A stretch of DNA of 64,000 bases from Camelus dromedarius (taxonomy: Eukaryota). The notes beneath the pieces were generated by a model, which did no database searches, was not told the origin of the DNA, and was given only the letters and a program-made list of their open reading frames with translations. The position numbers and the translations under genes were made by a program. Shown in pieces: positions 11,330 to 24,325 of this stretch. Each line of letters begins with the position of its first letter. Within the stretch, counting starts at the first letter, position 1. Location: positions 47,122,001-47,186,000 of the forward strand of contig NC_087437.1 of the NCBI RefSeq assembly GCF_036321535.1. Direction: 5' to 3'.

Positions 11330-12790
11330 TCCTTTCATCAAAAAAACATTTTGAAATTGTAGTCTATATGTAACGGTCTCCACTTCCTTGCTCCCCATTT
11401 ATTTTTAAGGTACCGGTGCATTATTTCTAGACACACTGCTTTTCTGCAACTGCCCTCTTCATCCTTTCCAGGATTCCTTTATCATCCAATTTGTTGGCCC
11501 TTTCACAGCCTTCAGGACCCTTGATCACTACAGTACGGCCTCACTCTCTGTCTATATTTTTCCCTTTGAAATCCTTTCTTCCCTTGACTTTAATTATGTT
11601 TAACTTCCAGGGTCCCCTCCCAACTTACAGTTCTATCTCATCTTTCCTCATTGATTGGTTCTCTTTTTTCCTTTTCTAACTTTTTTATGCTTTTTTCAAT
11701 AATTGAAAATATTACCTGTCTAGCCATACATCCTACTATCTCTCCAGCTGCAATCCTGCTCCCCACCCTACATCTTACATTGCCTGCTACCTGGTAGACA
11801 TTTCCCTGTGGTTACCATTTTACACTTCAAAATTCACTTGGCAAAACTAAACTCGTGTTAAGATCTTATAAAGCCACTCTGCCTCATGCTTCTATTCATT
11901 GTGCCACTGATTGCCCAGGATTTAACATCAACAATTCTTTCAATCCTCCTCCAGCTATAAACCTAATTGCACTGAGTCCTGTTGATTCTTCCTTCAAAAT
12001 ATCTTTTGCATCTGTGCCTTTTATTCCTCCCTATGCAAATAAGGCACCTTTATTCTCACACTTTGGTTAATATGATTGTTTGTTAACCAAGCTCCTTGCC
12101 CCAAGTCTGATGTTTTTCAAAGTGCTGTCCTTAAATCACCTGCACAAGAATTACCTGGGGAGCTTTTTAAAATATCAAGTTGTATGGCCTGCATTTAATA
12201 AGAATTTTGGGGGGTAAAGCCTGAAAATTTAACAAACATCCCAGGTAGATCTGTCATACATAAACTCTGAGAAGAAATGCTGAGATCTCTTCCTGCCTAT
12301 TTTCTTCTACACAGATCTTCTTAATGGATAGTTGCAAAGCATAACCTTGATCTTGGAACTTCCCTAATCACAGTCCTTCAGCGACTCTTGCTTAACCAAG
12401 CAAATAAAGTCTCCTCCCAGGCCTGAACAGCAGATCCTCCAATATCTGGTGTCCAGATAAATTTGCAGCCTAATCTTTACTACAGCTCCCTTCTCTCACC
12501 CTGTGATACAACTGAACCATACTGCTTCCCACCCCTCAGACATAACTACCACATCCTCATGCCTGTGTCCCTTGGCCTAATGCATTTCAGACATCCAGGA
12601 AAGGCCTCTCTCCCCCTTCACTTTCACCAGTCAAACTCCTATCCACCCTCCAGTGGCCCCTCCTGGGTATAACCTTCTCTCATCCCTTTCCCCTTTCTCC
12701 TTTGCCCTTTCCAATCCGTGCCCTCCAGGATAAAATAGAAGGGACAGCTCTGGTCTTTGAACTCTTTGAGCAGGTTTTACCATTTGCCAC
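11330..12790 (+). mobile_element. Old L2 (forward), split by a MER5 insertion
   Basis: Pyrimidine-rich L2 ORF/3' motifs such as tgcctgctacctggtagacatttcc, cacttcaaaattcac and aaaactaaactc; resumes after 12280. Confidence 0.7.
12108..12280. mobile_element. MER5-family hAT-Charlie DNA transposon relic
   Basis: tttttcaaagtg...agaattacctggggagctttttaaaat...tttaacaaacatcccaggtagat. Confidence 0.75.
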
Positions 12791-12914
12791 TTCCTTATCA
12801 CATAATTATACACATACATCTTTTTTCTTTTTTTTTCTTCTATTTACAAGTTTTATGAAGAGAGGAACTGTATTTTATGAAAAGGAAGATTTATGGAATA
12901 AAATAAAAGTGGAC

Positions 12915-13060
12915 GAGTTTGGATTCCATCAAGTGCGTGTCCTTGGGCAAATCATTTAACTTCTCTGAGCTTTGCCTCTATTAGTTAAGTGGGATAGTGT
13001 CACTTATGTTATAGGATTTTGTTCCATGTAAGTCGAGGTCTCTTGCAAAACACTGAGCCA
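12915..13060 (+). mobile_element. MIR fragment
   Basis: gtgtccttgggcaaatcatttaacttctctgagc. Confidence 0.75.
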
Positions 13061-14069
13061 TATGAGGTTTCCTGTATTCAATTATTTTCACCTACAGAAA
13101 AAATGGCAATTTTATTAGACCCAGTTGTCCTCTATATTTTAGTATACTTTTCTTTAAAATATTGTTGTGTCCCATATTTATGCTTTGCATCCACTTTATA
13201 CATCAGCCCCTTGCTCATTGGGAAAAGTATATATATATACACATAAAAACAATGTTATCACTATTGGCCTGAAGAGATAGAGAGGAAAGCACTGCACCAG
13301 CACCAAGGAGGCAAACTATTAATCTACCTCAGTGCTTGCCCTTGCCTGTTCCATTTTCAAAGCAGGTGAGCAAACAGCAATTTTAACAATAAGTAAAGCA
13401 AGCTCTTTTCTAATGAGAGAGTTCTGTTAAACAAAGGTCAGCAGGGAAAGGAACAACATTCATTGTCTCTTGTTTACGGTCCATCTGGGCATCACGGAAA
13501 CTTGCTCAAATTTCTCTCCTGAGCATTATGTTACCTAGAGTTTATCTAAATCACATTACACTCACCCTGGCTGGGATTCTTTATCATTAATCAGAGCAGC
13601 AATGATGTTTTCAAATGCAACTTCTAAGATAAGTACGCACATTTTGTCCCTTCATCTATATTTCTCTACCCCTGCAGTATTTATGAAAAAGCCTTTCAAC
13701 CAATTAACCCAAAGGAAACTCTTACTCTGAGAAGGTCAGTGTTATGTTGGTTATAAAGGTAAATGATCTAGTAAGGAGTTGATGTTTTTATGTTTTACTT
13801 AGTGTTAACTCTAGACTTTTCAGTCCAAGGAAACCTTCTTTGTTTAATGCTCCGTTTGTAAAAATAATAATAATAATTTGTCCCAACAAGTCATTCTGTT
13901 AAAGGAGTTCCTCAAGGAGATTACAATTTACTCAGAAATCATATTGAGTTGCAGGAGTTAGGAATAAGACAAATGCCATAATAAAGGTACATAGGGCTTT
14001 GAGTATTTTAATAGACAGAGAAAGATTACAAATAGAAGCTAAGGGCAAAGCTCCAAGAAGAAACAGTAT

Positions 14070-14290
14070 TAATAGGGTTCCAATCGCTCGCTCGCTCTCT
14101 GTCAATTATGACATTAAGCAAGTTAATTAACATCTATCTGCTTCAGTTTCTTCCTCCATAAAATGGGGCCATAATACCTGCCACCTAGAGGTTTTGTGTA
14201 AGTTACATGAAATCGTGGTGCAAAAGGGCTAGCACAGTGCGGCAGGCAGTAGCCTCTCAAGAAGTGGCACCTGTTGTTTTTGTTATTAAT
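14070..14290 (+). mobile_element. MIR SINE
   Basis: gcaagttaattaac...cttcagtttcttcctccataaaatgggg...ataatacctgcc. Confidence 0.85.
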
Positions 14291-14639
14291 GTGACAATAA
14301 GCAATCATGTCAAATATTACAGAGTTCAAAGAGAAAGGGTTTTGGAGTCTGTGGTTTGGGAGTTTACTTATTCAATAGTGAAATGCAAGATCATTTGCCA
14401 AAACAAAGTAAAGCACCAAAATCAGTTTCAATGGTGTTAAAGGACTGAGAAGATGGTGAGGAAGCAAACCATTCTTTAACAAAAATTTTCCCCAAAAAGG
14501 AAAGCAAGAGTAAGGGCAGCTGCAAAGAGACAATAAGGAAGCAGGAGTAGTTTAGATATTCTTTCTTTTGACAGGCTGGCCATGGGGCCTCTTGGTAGTT
14601 GGTGAACTAGCACCTTACCTTATTTTGCAGGTTGCACAC

Positions 14640-14845
14640 TGAATTCACACTGAATTCATCTCCCATTAGTCCTATAATTCTGTGTGGTGGGCATTATCAC
14701 CCCTATTTTAAGACAGGGACACTGACGTTCAAAGGCATTGAAGGTCCTGCCCCAAGTCCCACAGCAAGTAATGGCAGAGCCAGCCTTTCTAGCCGACTCT
14801 AGTCGGTTCCTCTGACTCTAAACCCAGGGCCACACTGCCTAACTA
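14640..14845 (-). mobile_element. MIR SINE
   Basis: attatcacccctattttaagacagggacactga...cacagcaagtaatggcagagcc. Confidence 0.8.
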
Positions 14846-14984
14846 CGAACCCATCACCTGTGCCTCTGAAGCCTGCTTCACCAAGACACGGACATTTCCA
14901 GAGAGGATTTGGAGACAACAACCGTGGAGAAAAAGCTGTTCTTGATATGGTCACTGCTAACAAGACCTTAAAAATGTCCACAAT

Positions 14985-15265
14985 GATACACATTTACTGA
15001 GCACTCTGTGGACAGCAGGCACTTTACACAACATCAGCTGAAGCTTGTGAGCCTGCAGTAAGTTCAAGGCGTTGTGCTAAGCATTTGATATGCATTCTCT
15101 CATTGATAGCTCAGAACAGCTCCAGGAATTGAGTGCTCGTATTGTTTCTATTTTACACTTGAAAAGACTGAGGCTCAGAAGGAACAGTGGACTTGTCCAA
15201 GGTAATACACCTTGTAGGCAGCAAAGTTGGGGTTCAAGACGAACCAGCCTGACTCCCAAATTTTC
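14985..15265 (-). mobile_element. MIR SINE
   Basis: catttactgagcact...attttacacttgaaaagactgaggctcaga...gacttgtccaaggt. Confidence 0.85.
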
Positions 15266-17091
15266 AAGCATTGCATTTGACACCTGCTGGCCATTTGACA
15301 TATTTTCTGCCCAGATGCCAATGTGCACAGGCTCCCAGTGTGCAAGCCTGGGCTGTGAGATCCCAAAAAGGTCATGCCCAGAGCTCAAGGAAACAGCGGG
15401 AAGCACATGACTCATGCACAAAGGTCTTGCTGGCCACTGACCCAGGCAATCTGCTTTCCCATGGATTAACATCTATCTCTGCTCTCTCCTTACCCGCTAA
15501 GTAAACCCCTAATGCATGGTGCTGGCCCTCAGCCAGATGCTGACCAAGGTTTACAGATGTGATTCTAAATGGTAACTATGGAAGAATGATTCCACAGCAC
15601 TCCCACCACAAGCTTCCACACTGAGAAGCAGGAAAGGAGAAAGCAGAAGTTAAGCAGAGGAGCGAAATGTCTGGTAAGAGATTTCACATTTTTTTCTTAA
15701 CATATCATCAAATTGTTTTTCTATTTTTTCCTTAGTCTTATCTTTTGAATAACAAAACCAAAAAACCATTCTATTCTTCTGCCACCAATCTCTCAGATAA
15801 TTCAGGCTGACAACCCATTTCAGATGAAATACAAATTATGTCTCAGTTCTCTTTACCTAATACTTTCCGTAACCCAATATATATCAGTGGCATTATAAGC
15901 TTTATTTCCTTCCCATCCCATTTTCTAGAAATCGACCTTGACCTCATCAGTGTTGTACATGAGCTGCTTTCCTATAAAGTTACCTTTCCTCTGTCTAAGT
16001 AGAATTTGGATCACAGGTCCTTCCATTTCTGTAGTTATTGTTGCTGTTTTTGTGACTATTTTAACTCAAGCAAATATAATAATTATCCTTGCTTTTCCTT
16101 AAATTATAGAAATTCAAACACTCTATTACCCTGAAATTATTATAATTTGTATTCAAAAGCAATGACCTAATAAGTTACACATTTTAAGCCTCAGTACTCG
16201 GCTAGATTTGTGAATAAATACCATAGTCAATTCTGACAGCACCCTTAATGGTGTTAAGATTTTTTTTCTTCTTTGCTAGGTAGAGCAGTTTGATGTTATC
16301 CATATTTCAAAGGTATAATAAAAGCTAAGTATTTCTTACTGGTAGTTCTTCAATAAAGATAAGCAGGAAAAAAAAAACTACCCTATGCCAAAATGTTATC
16401 TTGTCTGGATTTTTATCACTGCTTGTCAACAAACTTCCTCAAAATGATATTGAATTAATTCATATTCACAAAAGCAAATCAATTTTAATAAAACATTAAA
16501 ATGCAATTCAAACTGAAACTTCACCTGAAACTTGAACTTCTAAATTGCTGTTCATCTAAAGTCAGTTATGATTTATGACAGATACATAAAATGTGAGGAG
16601 GAAAACAGATTTTCTTTATTATCCTACCTAAGTGCCATCTGGCACCATGCTAGAAAAAATAGAAAACAAACAAACAAAAATCTGGTTTGGGGCTAGTCTT
16701 GGTCTGGATGTGTTTACAAGATTAGATTGAAAAAAATTTGAAAGATGTACTACATATTAGCCAAAGTAAATTTTTAAGAATGCCTGTTGAAAACAAAATT
16801 AAAAAGCAGACACATGGGCAAGCCACTTGAATGTAAGAAATGATGGGGAATGTGCCCCAGAGACAGAAAGGGACAAAGTTTGGGGCTGAGGACAGTAATG
16901 TCACCTAGCACTGGGCATTCTCTGGTCAGCTTTAGAAATTCTTATGGTACCAGGGGGATGTTCAAATTGGTTTTCCCGAAAATAAGCCCTTGTAAGAGAA
17001 TGGTAGGCAGAAAAGAGAGAGTAGATCATTGGAAGAAATCATTGAAAAAGGATGTACCAGGAGCAAATTATTTTAGCAAAAGCTATTAAAA

Positions 17092-17330
17092 TTAATAATA
17101 GCTAACATTTATTGATTACTTATTTATGTGTCAGGTACCATGCTAAATCATCTCATCCTGATGACAAATCTATGAGTAGGTTTTCTTATCATCTCTCTTT
17201 TTCAGATAAGGAAATTGAGGCATGGAAAAGTCCAGCGACTAATCCAAAATTAGTCAGCAAGCATTAAGACTTTGATTCAATTTCAGGTGATACAATCCTG
17301 GTTCCAAAGTCTATACTTTTAGTCACCATT
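17092..17330 (-). mobile_element. MIR SINE
   Basis: taataatagctaacatttattga...ttttcagataaggaaattgaggc. Confidence 0.85.
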
Positions 17331-18404
17331 TCCAAGAAATTCCAACACACTATGTATTTAAAATGATAACATTAAGAAGATATGGTTCTAGGTAAATTCG
17401 AATGAACTTCTAATAAGTATTCAAACTTGAAATATTTATCAGAGTCAAACCTTGAAACTGAAGTTGGTACAAAGCACTATGCCTGTTCCTCATCCTTCGT
17501 TAGAGAAAGGAACCTCAAGTCATAGTGAGATTTACAGAGTACATAAGCATTTATATTTAAAGAAACATGTTTTTTTCTCTTATCAGGATCACCTAGAAAC
17601 TTATAAGAAAATACAATTTCTTCCTTTTTTTTTTTTCTGATATAGAAAAAGTGACCTAACTGTAAATCAATTTAATTCAGTTCTTTTCAACAATCAATTA
17701 TTGGGCCCTTTTCAAGAAAAAGCACTTATGCTTTTGCTTCTCCTTTTAAAAACTTGAATTCACACTACCTCTATTAAACAAGTATAATTTACATTCAGAA
17801 TCATTAGCCTAGTAAGATACTAAAATTGATAAAAAGATTAGAACATGCTTCTTTGCCCTCAAGTTCCTTGCAAACTAGTATTGATTACTACTCAGAAGAA
17901 AATACTGTCTGGGTTACCGCAAGCATCTGGGTGTCATGTAAAGAACATAGGTCCATGCAAGTGACTTTATCATGGGTAGGAGTGGTCAAGAGAGGACTTC
18001 ATAAGGTTGTCTAATAAATTCTTCCTCAACTATTAACAGATAAGAATGTATGACCAAGTCCAAGGGTCTTATCATTTTAACCTAGATTTCTTAAAGACAA
18101 AGCCTTCAGGCTGAAAAAAAGAGATGATGCAAATGGTGGGCTAACAGACCAGAGGAGCTGGCACATTAGAAGGGTGTCCTCACACAGTGCAGCTGAAACC
18201 CCTCCACCCCCACTACCTCCTGCTCAAGTTGGGAGGTTACAAGAACAATGAGAGTCAAAAGAAAGAATATACAAAACGTTTTATTATTTTTCAGAAATAA
18301 AACTGCTCTTCACCATCTACAACCCTTCCCTTAGCAAAGGGTCTTCTCCCCTGGTCCATCAACTCTCAATGTGCAAGCAAAGGATAAGGTTTAATCTAAG
18401 GGAA

Positions 18405-18620
18405 TCATACAGTGTTAAGAGCATGAACTTTTATATCTGGATTTGACCTCTGCTCTTCCATTACTGACTGTGTCTTCTTAGGCAAGTCACTTCAAGTCAC
18501 TTCCATCTATAAAGTGGATTCTCATAATACTGATCTTGTAGGGCTTGGGGAGGTTTGAATAAGATAACACATATATAATATGTGCTGGTATGATAAGTGT
18601 GGCTATAAATGTTCACAAAG
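18405..18620 (+). mobile_element. MIR SINE
   Basis: gttaagagcatgaactt...ttaggcaagtcactt...ttccatctataaagtgg. Confidence 0.8.
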
Positions 18621-18899
18621 CCCTGTGCCAACATTACATTTAATGATGTATAACAGTCTCCAGTGTATTGTGATTGTGGGGTGTGTATGTGTGTGTATTT
18701 TTGTTTACTCAGATATATTGTAAGTCTCTTGTTCTTAATACTAACTCCATCCAAAAAAATATGGTCTCTAATATCAAGCAGTTTGCAATTAAGTAATGAA
18801 AACAGCACAAGCAGTAATATACTAAAAAGTAGAATTGCTAAATCTCACCCTAGACCCATGAAGTGTTTTAGGACTGCCAAGAAGAAGAAGGCTAATTTT

Positions 18900-20130
18900 G
18901 ACTATGCATTTGGAATGGCTATGGTATGGAATACCATAGGGGAGTGAGTATTTGACCTGTGGCTTAAAACAGGGGGTGAAGAAAGAATTAAAAGTGAAAA
19001 GGAGGAAACAGATGTCCTAAAATTTACAAAGGTAAAAGAGACACAACTTGGTGATTCATGGGACATGGGGTGTAAATAAGAGAGAGAAAAAGTGACAGAT
19101 AACCAGAATTTTTAAGCCCAGGAAACTGGGAAGACAGTGTTGGTCAGTTTCATGGGGGATCACAGGGAAAGAATGGAACTGATGGAAGAGGATGAGGCTG
19201 GGTTTGGAACATGTTGAGTTTGAGGTGGAGGGACGACATCCAGATAAGGAAGCCTCCCTGTGAGGTAAATTGCTACTCAGGAGAGGGATGCAGATTTCAG
19301 AGCCATTTTCATGACTTCATTTACACTTAGGCACAATTAAAGGAAATTTGGGGGGCATGGAAAAAAAACCAAGAGAACATAGAATCACAGAAATCCAAGG
19401 AAGAGAAGACGTCACAGAGGCAGTGGGGATCAGGAGTGTCGCCCTGCAGAGAGCCTGGAGGGGGATGAAGACGGAGGGACTTTGTTGGACATGTGGTGCC
19501 CTCAAAGTTATTCAGGACTGGCCTGGATCAGAACTATAGAGAAGGCAAACTAGGAGGAAAGACAATGCATGGAATCATAACTTGAGGGACAAGGGAAGGT
19601 GTTTGATTAAGATAACAGAAGGCTGAGCACATTTGCACACTGATGAGAAGGAGCAGTAAAATGGATTAAAGTTGAAGAATATATAAAGATTAATTAATAT
19701 TTCAAGACCCCAGAGCCATGGTTATCTACCATTTCTGAGCACTAGACTCAACTGGGACCCTTAAAATACTAATGTCTAGTCTTGATGTGCAGAGATTCTG
19801 ATTAAATTGCTTCAGGTAGGGCGGGAACCTCTATTATTTATTAGTTCTCCCAGGTGATTTTAATATGTATTCAAGTAAGAGAGCCACTGACTTAGAAGAA
19901 CTGGGCATTGGATTAAGGCCATAATAGAGGGTCCCTTTGGATGACACAGGCACTCTTCTTCCTCTAAAATGGAAGTAGGGTAACTTTGGAATGGGGAGTA
20001 GGGAAAGGGTGAATTAAGAGCAGAAACATTTTGAAGGAAGAACGTTCAAAGAACCCATAATGGATGATTTCAGTTTAAGAAAGTAGAAGGTGAGATGCTT
20101 CAAGTAAGCAGGCAGGAGTGACATTGAGTC
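18900..20130 (-). mobile_element. L2 (reverse), split by a MER5A insertion
   Basis: acttggtgattcatgggacatgggg, tttggaacatgttgagtttgaggtg, tcacagaaatccaaggaagag. Confidence 0.78.
19717..19889. mobile_element. MER5A-like hAT-Charlie element
   Basis: cagagattctgattaaattg...ctcccaggtgattttaatatg...gagagccactg terminus. Confidence 0.82.
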
Positions 20131-20439
20131 ATGAAAAAAATTTAAATGTCCTGAACAACTACTAGGATTCCACCAGGAATAAATAAGGTAATTGTCCATT
20201 TACTGCTTAATTCTCTCTACTCTTATTTGTTGGCCAATCCCTGACATAGAAAAGGCATTACTGTCTTTCTTGTTCCTCCCCAGAAAAAGAGAAGAAGAAG
20301 AAAATTTATAAACAGGGGGAACTGAGAAGAACAGAAAAGGTCTAGAGCCTCAGGGAAGACTTTAAGCAGGAGTAGCAAGAGGGAGAAAATCTAAGCCGCA
20401 GGCTCAGATCTCTGTGAAATCACTTAGATCTTGTCCACG

Positions 20440-20600
20440 AAGGCTTCTTGGGATCACCTTGGGCAATTCCTCCCATTTAAATGATGAGTAAACTGAGGTG
20501 CAGAGAGATTCTGTGATTCAACCAGATCAAACAGCAAGTTAGCACCACCAAGGCACCTCGAGATAAAGTCTGATACCCACACCAGCGCCTGCCGCTCCTG
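20440..20600 (-). mobile_element. MIR fragment
   Basis: cccatttaaatgatgagtaaactgagg. Confidence 0.7.
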
Positions 20601-21014
20601 TGTATACTCAGCCTCATGACCTCTGTGGTTGAAGTTCCCAGTAAACAAAACGGCAGTAGCTCTTCTGGGAGGATTAATAAGAAATCCATAAATTGTTTTT
20701 AGCTCGTTGCAAGAGAGAAAAAATGTTCAATTTCTTCTTTATTGCTATTATTATGTGAACCAGATTGAATTGCTGCGTCTCTTAAGAGTTTCTTATGACT
20801 AGTGTGAAGTTTCCCATTTTAACCCAAGCCAATTTTAAATTGCCTATGGAATATACAGATAACTATAATAATTCAGTTGCCACACACAGTACACTGTTTG
20901 AAATACAACCAAAGAGAAAGAGGAAAACTTGCAAGCACAGAGAGGTAGCAAGATAGAGCCTGCAAGACTGTAAAAAGACGTGTTCCAGGTAACGAAGAAG
21001 GGGCAGTGCATGCT

Positions 21015-21160
21015 GACAGGATCAGTGTGTCTCCTGCGCTGTGTGGCCACAGTTCATGGACCATAGCTTTAACCCCCTGGGTCTGCATGTTTCATCTGTA
21101 AAGCCAGATGAATGAGCTAGATTATCTCTCAGGCCCTTTCCATTTCTAACCACCTGTATT
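21015..21160 (+). mobile_element. MIR3-like SINE
   Basis: tttcatctgtaaa...ctagattatctctcaggccctttccatttctaac tail. Confidence 0.7.
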
Positions 21161-22581
21161 TTAATTTTTGCCATCATGCTCCACAAAGGCGTCCTGAAAT
21201 AGTTTAGAACAAACTACATAGAATATTGCATGGATCATATTTCCAGGTCTTTTAAAATTATAAATAAATTTATGTCTCAACTTCGTTTCTTACCTGGAAA
21301 GTAGAGGAGTGCCTGAGTCAACAGTCTCCCCTTTAGCCCTGCACTTCAATGGCCCCTTCACTTCCTTTGGTTAGTTGCACCAGGCACTAGGCTAGTTGCT
21401 ATTTACCTTACATGGTTGAATGCTCTGTTCCCTCACCCCACACAGCCAGGGAGGGCATGGAACAATGACTACTCTGTCTTGGTACAAAGGCCTCTGGGCA
21501 TCATTCTCTCTTCTTTTTTTTTTTCTTTTTTTTTTTTAATCCCATTCAAGCATACAGTACACTCTTGGGTCATCTCAGGAGCCCTGTGGACAGGCCAGAA
21601 AGACCCGAGAGTGTGCAACAAAGCAGAGAGTGACGTGACAGAGTGGCATGCACTAGAGGTAAGCCAGAGTATCCCAGAGAACTGTGTTTGTTTTGCATTC
21701 ATCCTCTTGAATTGGTCTAGGAATTGGTGATGATTGCTATCCAGAAAGAGGCTACAATTAAACAGAAAGGTTTTGGTTTAGATGAATTGGAAAATGGCTG
21801 GAAGATGGAAAATTAGAGAACGCAATGTTACCTGCCTCTGGAAGAGAAGATGATCACTCATGGGAAAGCTTTCTTTCATAGGGAAGTGATTTCCCTTCTC
21901 TCAGTTGGATTTGGGGCTGTTTCTTGATTCTAGTGTATACGAGAAATATTTTTTAAAATGGTGTGGTGTCAGTTCATAAGCTGCAGGTTTCAATTCTAAT
22001 ATATTAGAATTGTGTGTTTTTTCTCAGTCTTTCAAATTCTCAATTATGTTACTGTCAGAATTTTCTTCTGTTTGATCAATTTTCTGAAAGAAGCTCTGTC
22101 TAGACATGTGAACAGACTTACTAACTTGGAGAATAGATACAAACATCTAAATTACTACAGGAAAAAGATCTTAACTGATTGTTGTATGCAACAAGTCTTT
22201 GATCTTTACTCATATTAATTATCCAAGTATGTGTTTAGATCTCTAATTGGTTTTGCATATGTAGAAATTGTCTCACACAAACATATTTAACAACAGTGTT
22301 ATTTTACAGGATTTTTTTTCTCTGCAAATTAGATCACAGTATTTTTAGTGATGGGAAAATATATACAAATTCAAACTGACAGCAATTCACGGATCCCTAA
22401 TATTCCAATATGCTCTGGTATATGTCACTCGCTTTGTAAAATGATTATTAATACCCTGACTGCAAAGTTGCTTAAGAAACATTTCATTTAAAATTAGCCA
22501 TAGTTTTCTTCTTTTAGATTATACAGATGCATTGTTAAGATCATTTTGTTTCCCTGTATTATTTTCCCTGTTTAAAAAAAG

Positions 22582-22586
<5 letters not shown>

Positions 22587-22648
<62 letters not shown>

Positions 22649-22672
22649 TACACAGAGACAGACAGACAGAGA
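22587..22672. repeat. Compound microsatellite (TA)23(CA)8 followed by GACA units
   Basis: Counted directly: TA 22587-22632, CA 22633-22648. Confidence 0.97.
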
Positions 22673-22734
22673 CGGCGAGGTGGAGAGAGAAAAATGAATA
22701 TATACTGAAACAAAAAACAAAAACCAAAAAGCTT

Positions 22735-22857
22735 GAAAGAAAGGAAGAGGGAAGGAAGGATAGAGGAAAGACAGGAAAGAGGAAAGACAGGAAAGGAAGG
22801 AAAGAGGGAGGGAGGGAAGAAAGAAAAAAAAAGACAAGAGAAGAAAAGATAAGAAAA
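22735..22857. repeat. GA-rich low-complexity polypurine tract
   Basis: About 120 nt almost all A/G; contains tandem GAGGAAAGACAGGAAA x2 (22763-22794). Confidence 0.9.
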
Positions 22858-23414
22858 TATTTGGCAAGTAATTAGTCAGTTCATTTGATTATCTCACATC
22901 ACCGAACAGAATGCTTCAAGTCTTTCCAAAACCTTTGTATCATTTGGTTCAAATGTTCTCCTCTGAGGGGTGAATTTATTGGCAACAACTGAGGGTGCTG
23001 AGATAAGTCAGGGTGGGAACCCGAGTAATTGCCAACCAGTCAGGAGACCTTTGTCTGAGAACTTGAGGTGAATAGGAAACACTGACAGTCAGAGGGACAG
23101 AGACTTCTATTTGGAGGACATTTCTCCCAAGAACAAATGATTCATAATTAAACTGAAGATAACCCCCAGCAAAGTGATTGCTATCCTAACTTTACTCCTA
23201 GGATTCTTCGTCAAAGCAAGAGATTGCTGCTGTGGGCAAACAGGCTACACTGAGCCACACAACAGAATTCACTCAATCAACTAGCCGTCAGTCAATCAAT
23301 AAAATCAAGATATTTCAGACCCAAAACCCGAGTTTTCTTCCCCTAAATGTACTGAGATAATTGGTTTTACTGCTCTTCAAAGCACATTAAGCTTCAGTGA
23401 CATAATAAAGACTT

Positions 23415-23640
23415 TAAGCATTAGCTAACATATTTGAGAACTACAAGTGAGGCATGTGCTAAGTGATTTCTATCTTGTCTTTTAATAGAATCTTTGAAAT
23501 TACTCTCTGAAGTAAGTGCTATTTTTATCCCCAGATGAGGACACTGCGACTTGACTGAAGTTCTTTGCCCAAGATAACACATCTGGTAAATAAAAGAACC
23601 AGGATGCAAACCAACACTGCAACCATGCCACCACCCACTA
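23415..23640 (-). mobile_element. MIR SINE
   Basis: agctaacatatttgag...cagatgaggacactg...ttgcccaagataacacatctggtaaat. Confidence 0.8.
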
Positions 23641-23744
23641 CACTATTCCACCTCCTTACAAACAACATTGCCTCATTCTCCAGATGTCCCAGGACACTCA
23701 GAAGCCCACAACAGAATAGTAGCTCTCTGAAGATAACAGCCCTC

Positions 23745-23830
23745 AATATTGGGGTCTGAATTCCCAAACAGTGTCAAGGATAGCACTAGGCACACAGTAG
23801 GTACTTGAAAAATATCTATTGAATTGAATT
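23745..23830 (+). mobile_element. L2 3' terminus
   Basis: ggcacacagtaggtacttgaaaaatatctattgaattgaat. Confidence 0.7.
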
Positions 23831-24144
23831 CACAAATGAAAACTCTTTATTCTAATGCCTTTTCTTCTCACTGCTATGAAATTGAGTCTGAATTTAGAAA
23901 ATTTTAGTCATAATGATAATGTTATTTGAACAGGAACAAGATGGCATTATGAATAATAGATTTCAATCTATTACGCACAGAGCTACAGCCACAGTTTAAC
24001 AGGATAATGCAAGGATTATTATAAAATCTTAGGCGATTACTATAAATGGCACATGATCCCCTTTGCTATCAATAAACACAGAACAGTGCTGAGAACTAGG
24101 CTTTCCTGTTTATTTGTTTATATGTGAAAGCTCTGCAGAGTTGT

Positions 24145-24325
24145 ACAACTGCACTAGAGGCGGGACAGCCAGCTTCTGGTCTTGGTCCCAAAACTAAATG
24201 GCTCTAAGACTCTCAGCAAAAGACCAACCCATTCAGGTCTAAATCTCTTCATGGGTAAAAGTAGAGGAGGATCAGATTAGACGATTTATAAGGTTCTTTC
24301 CACTCTAAAATGCCATCATTCTGTA
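24145..24325 (+). mobile_element. MIR3-like SINE
   Basis: gattagacgatttataaggttctttccactctaaaat tail. Confidence 0.65.

Noticed and set aside
12063..12090. 8-bp inverted repeat TTGGTTAA/TTAACCAA
   Set aside because: Short AT-rich stem with a 12-nt loop inside L2; plausible by chance in 64 kb.
22519..22867. ORFs with YIYIYI and F/L/S runs
   Set aside because: These are translations of microsatellite and polypurine sequence.
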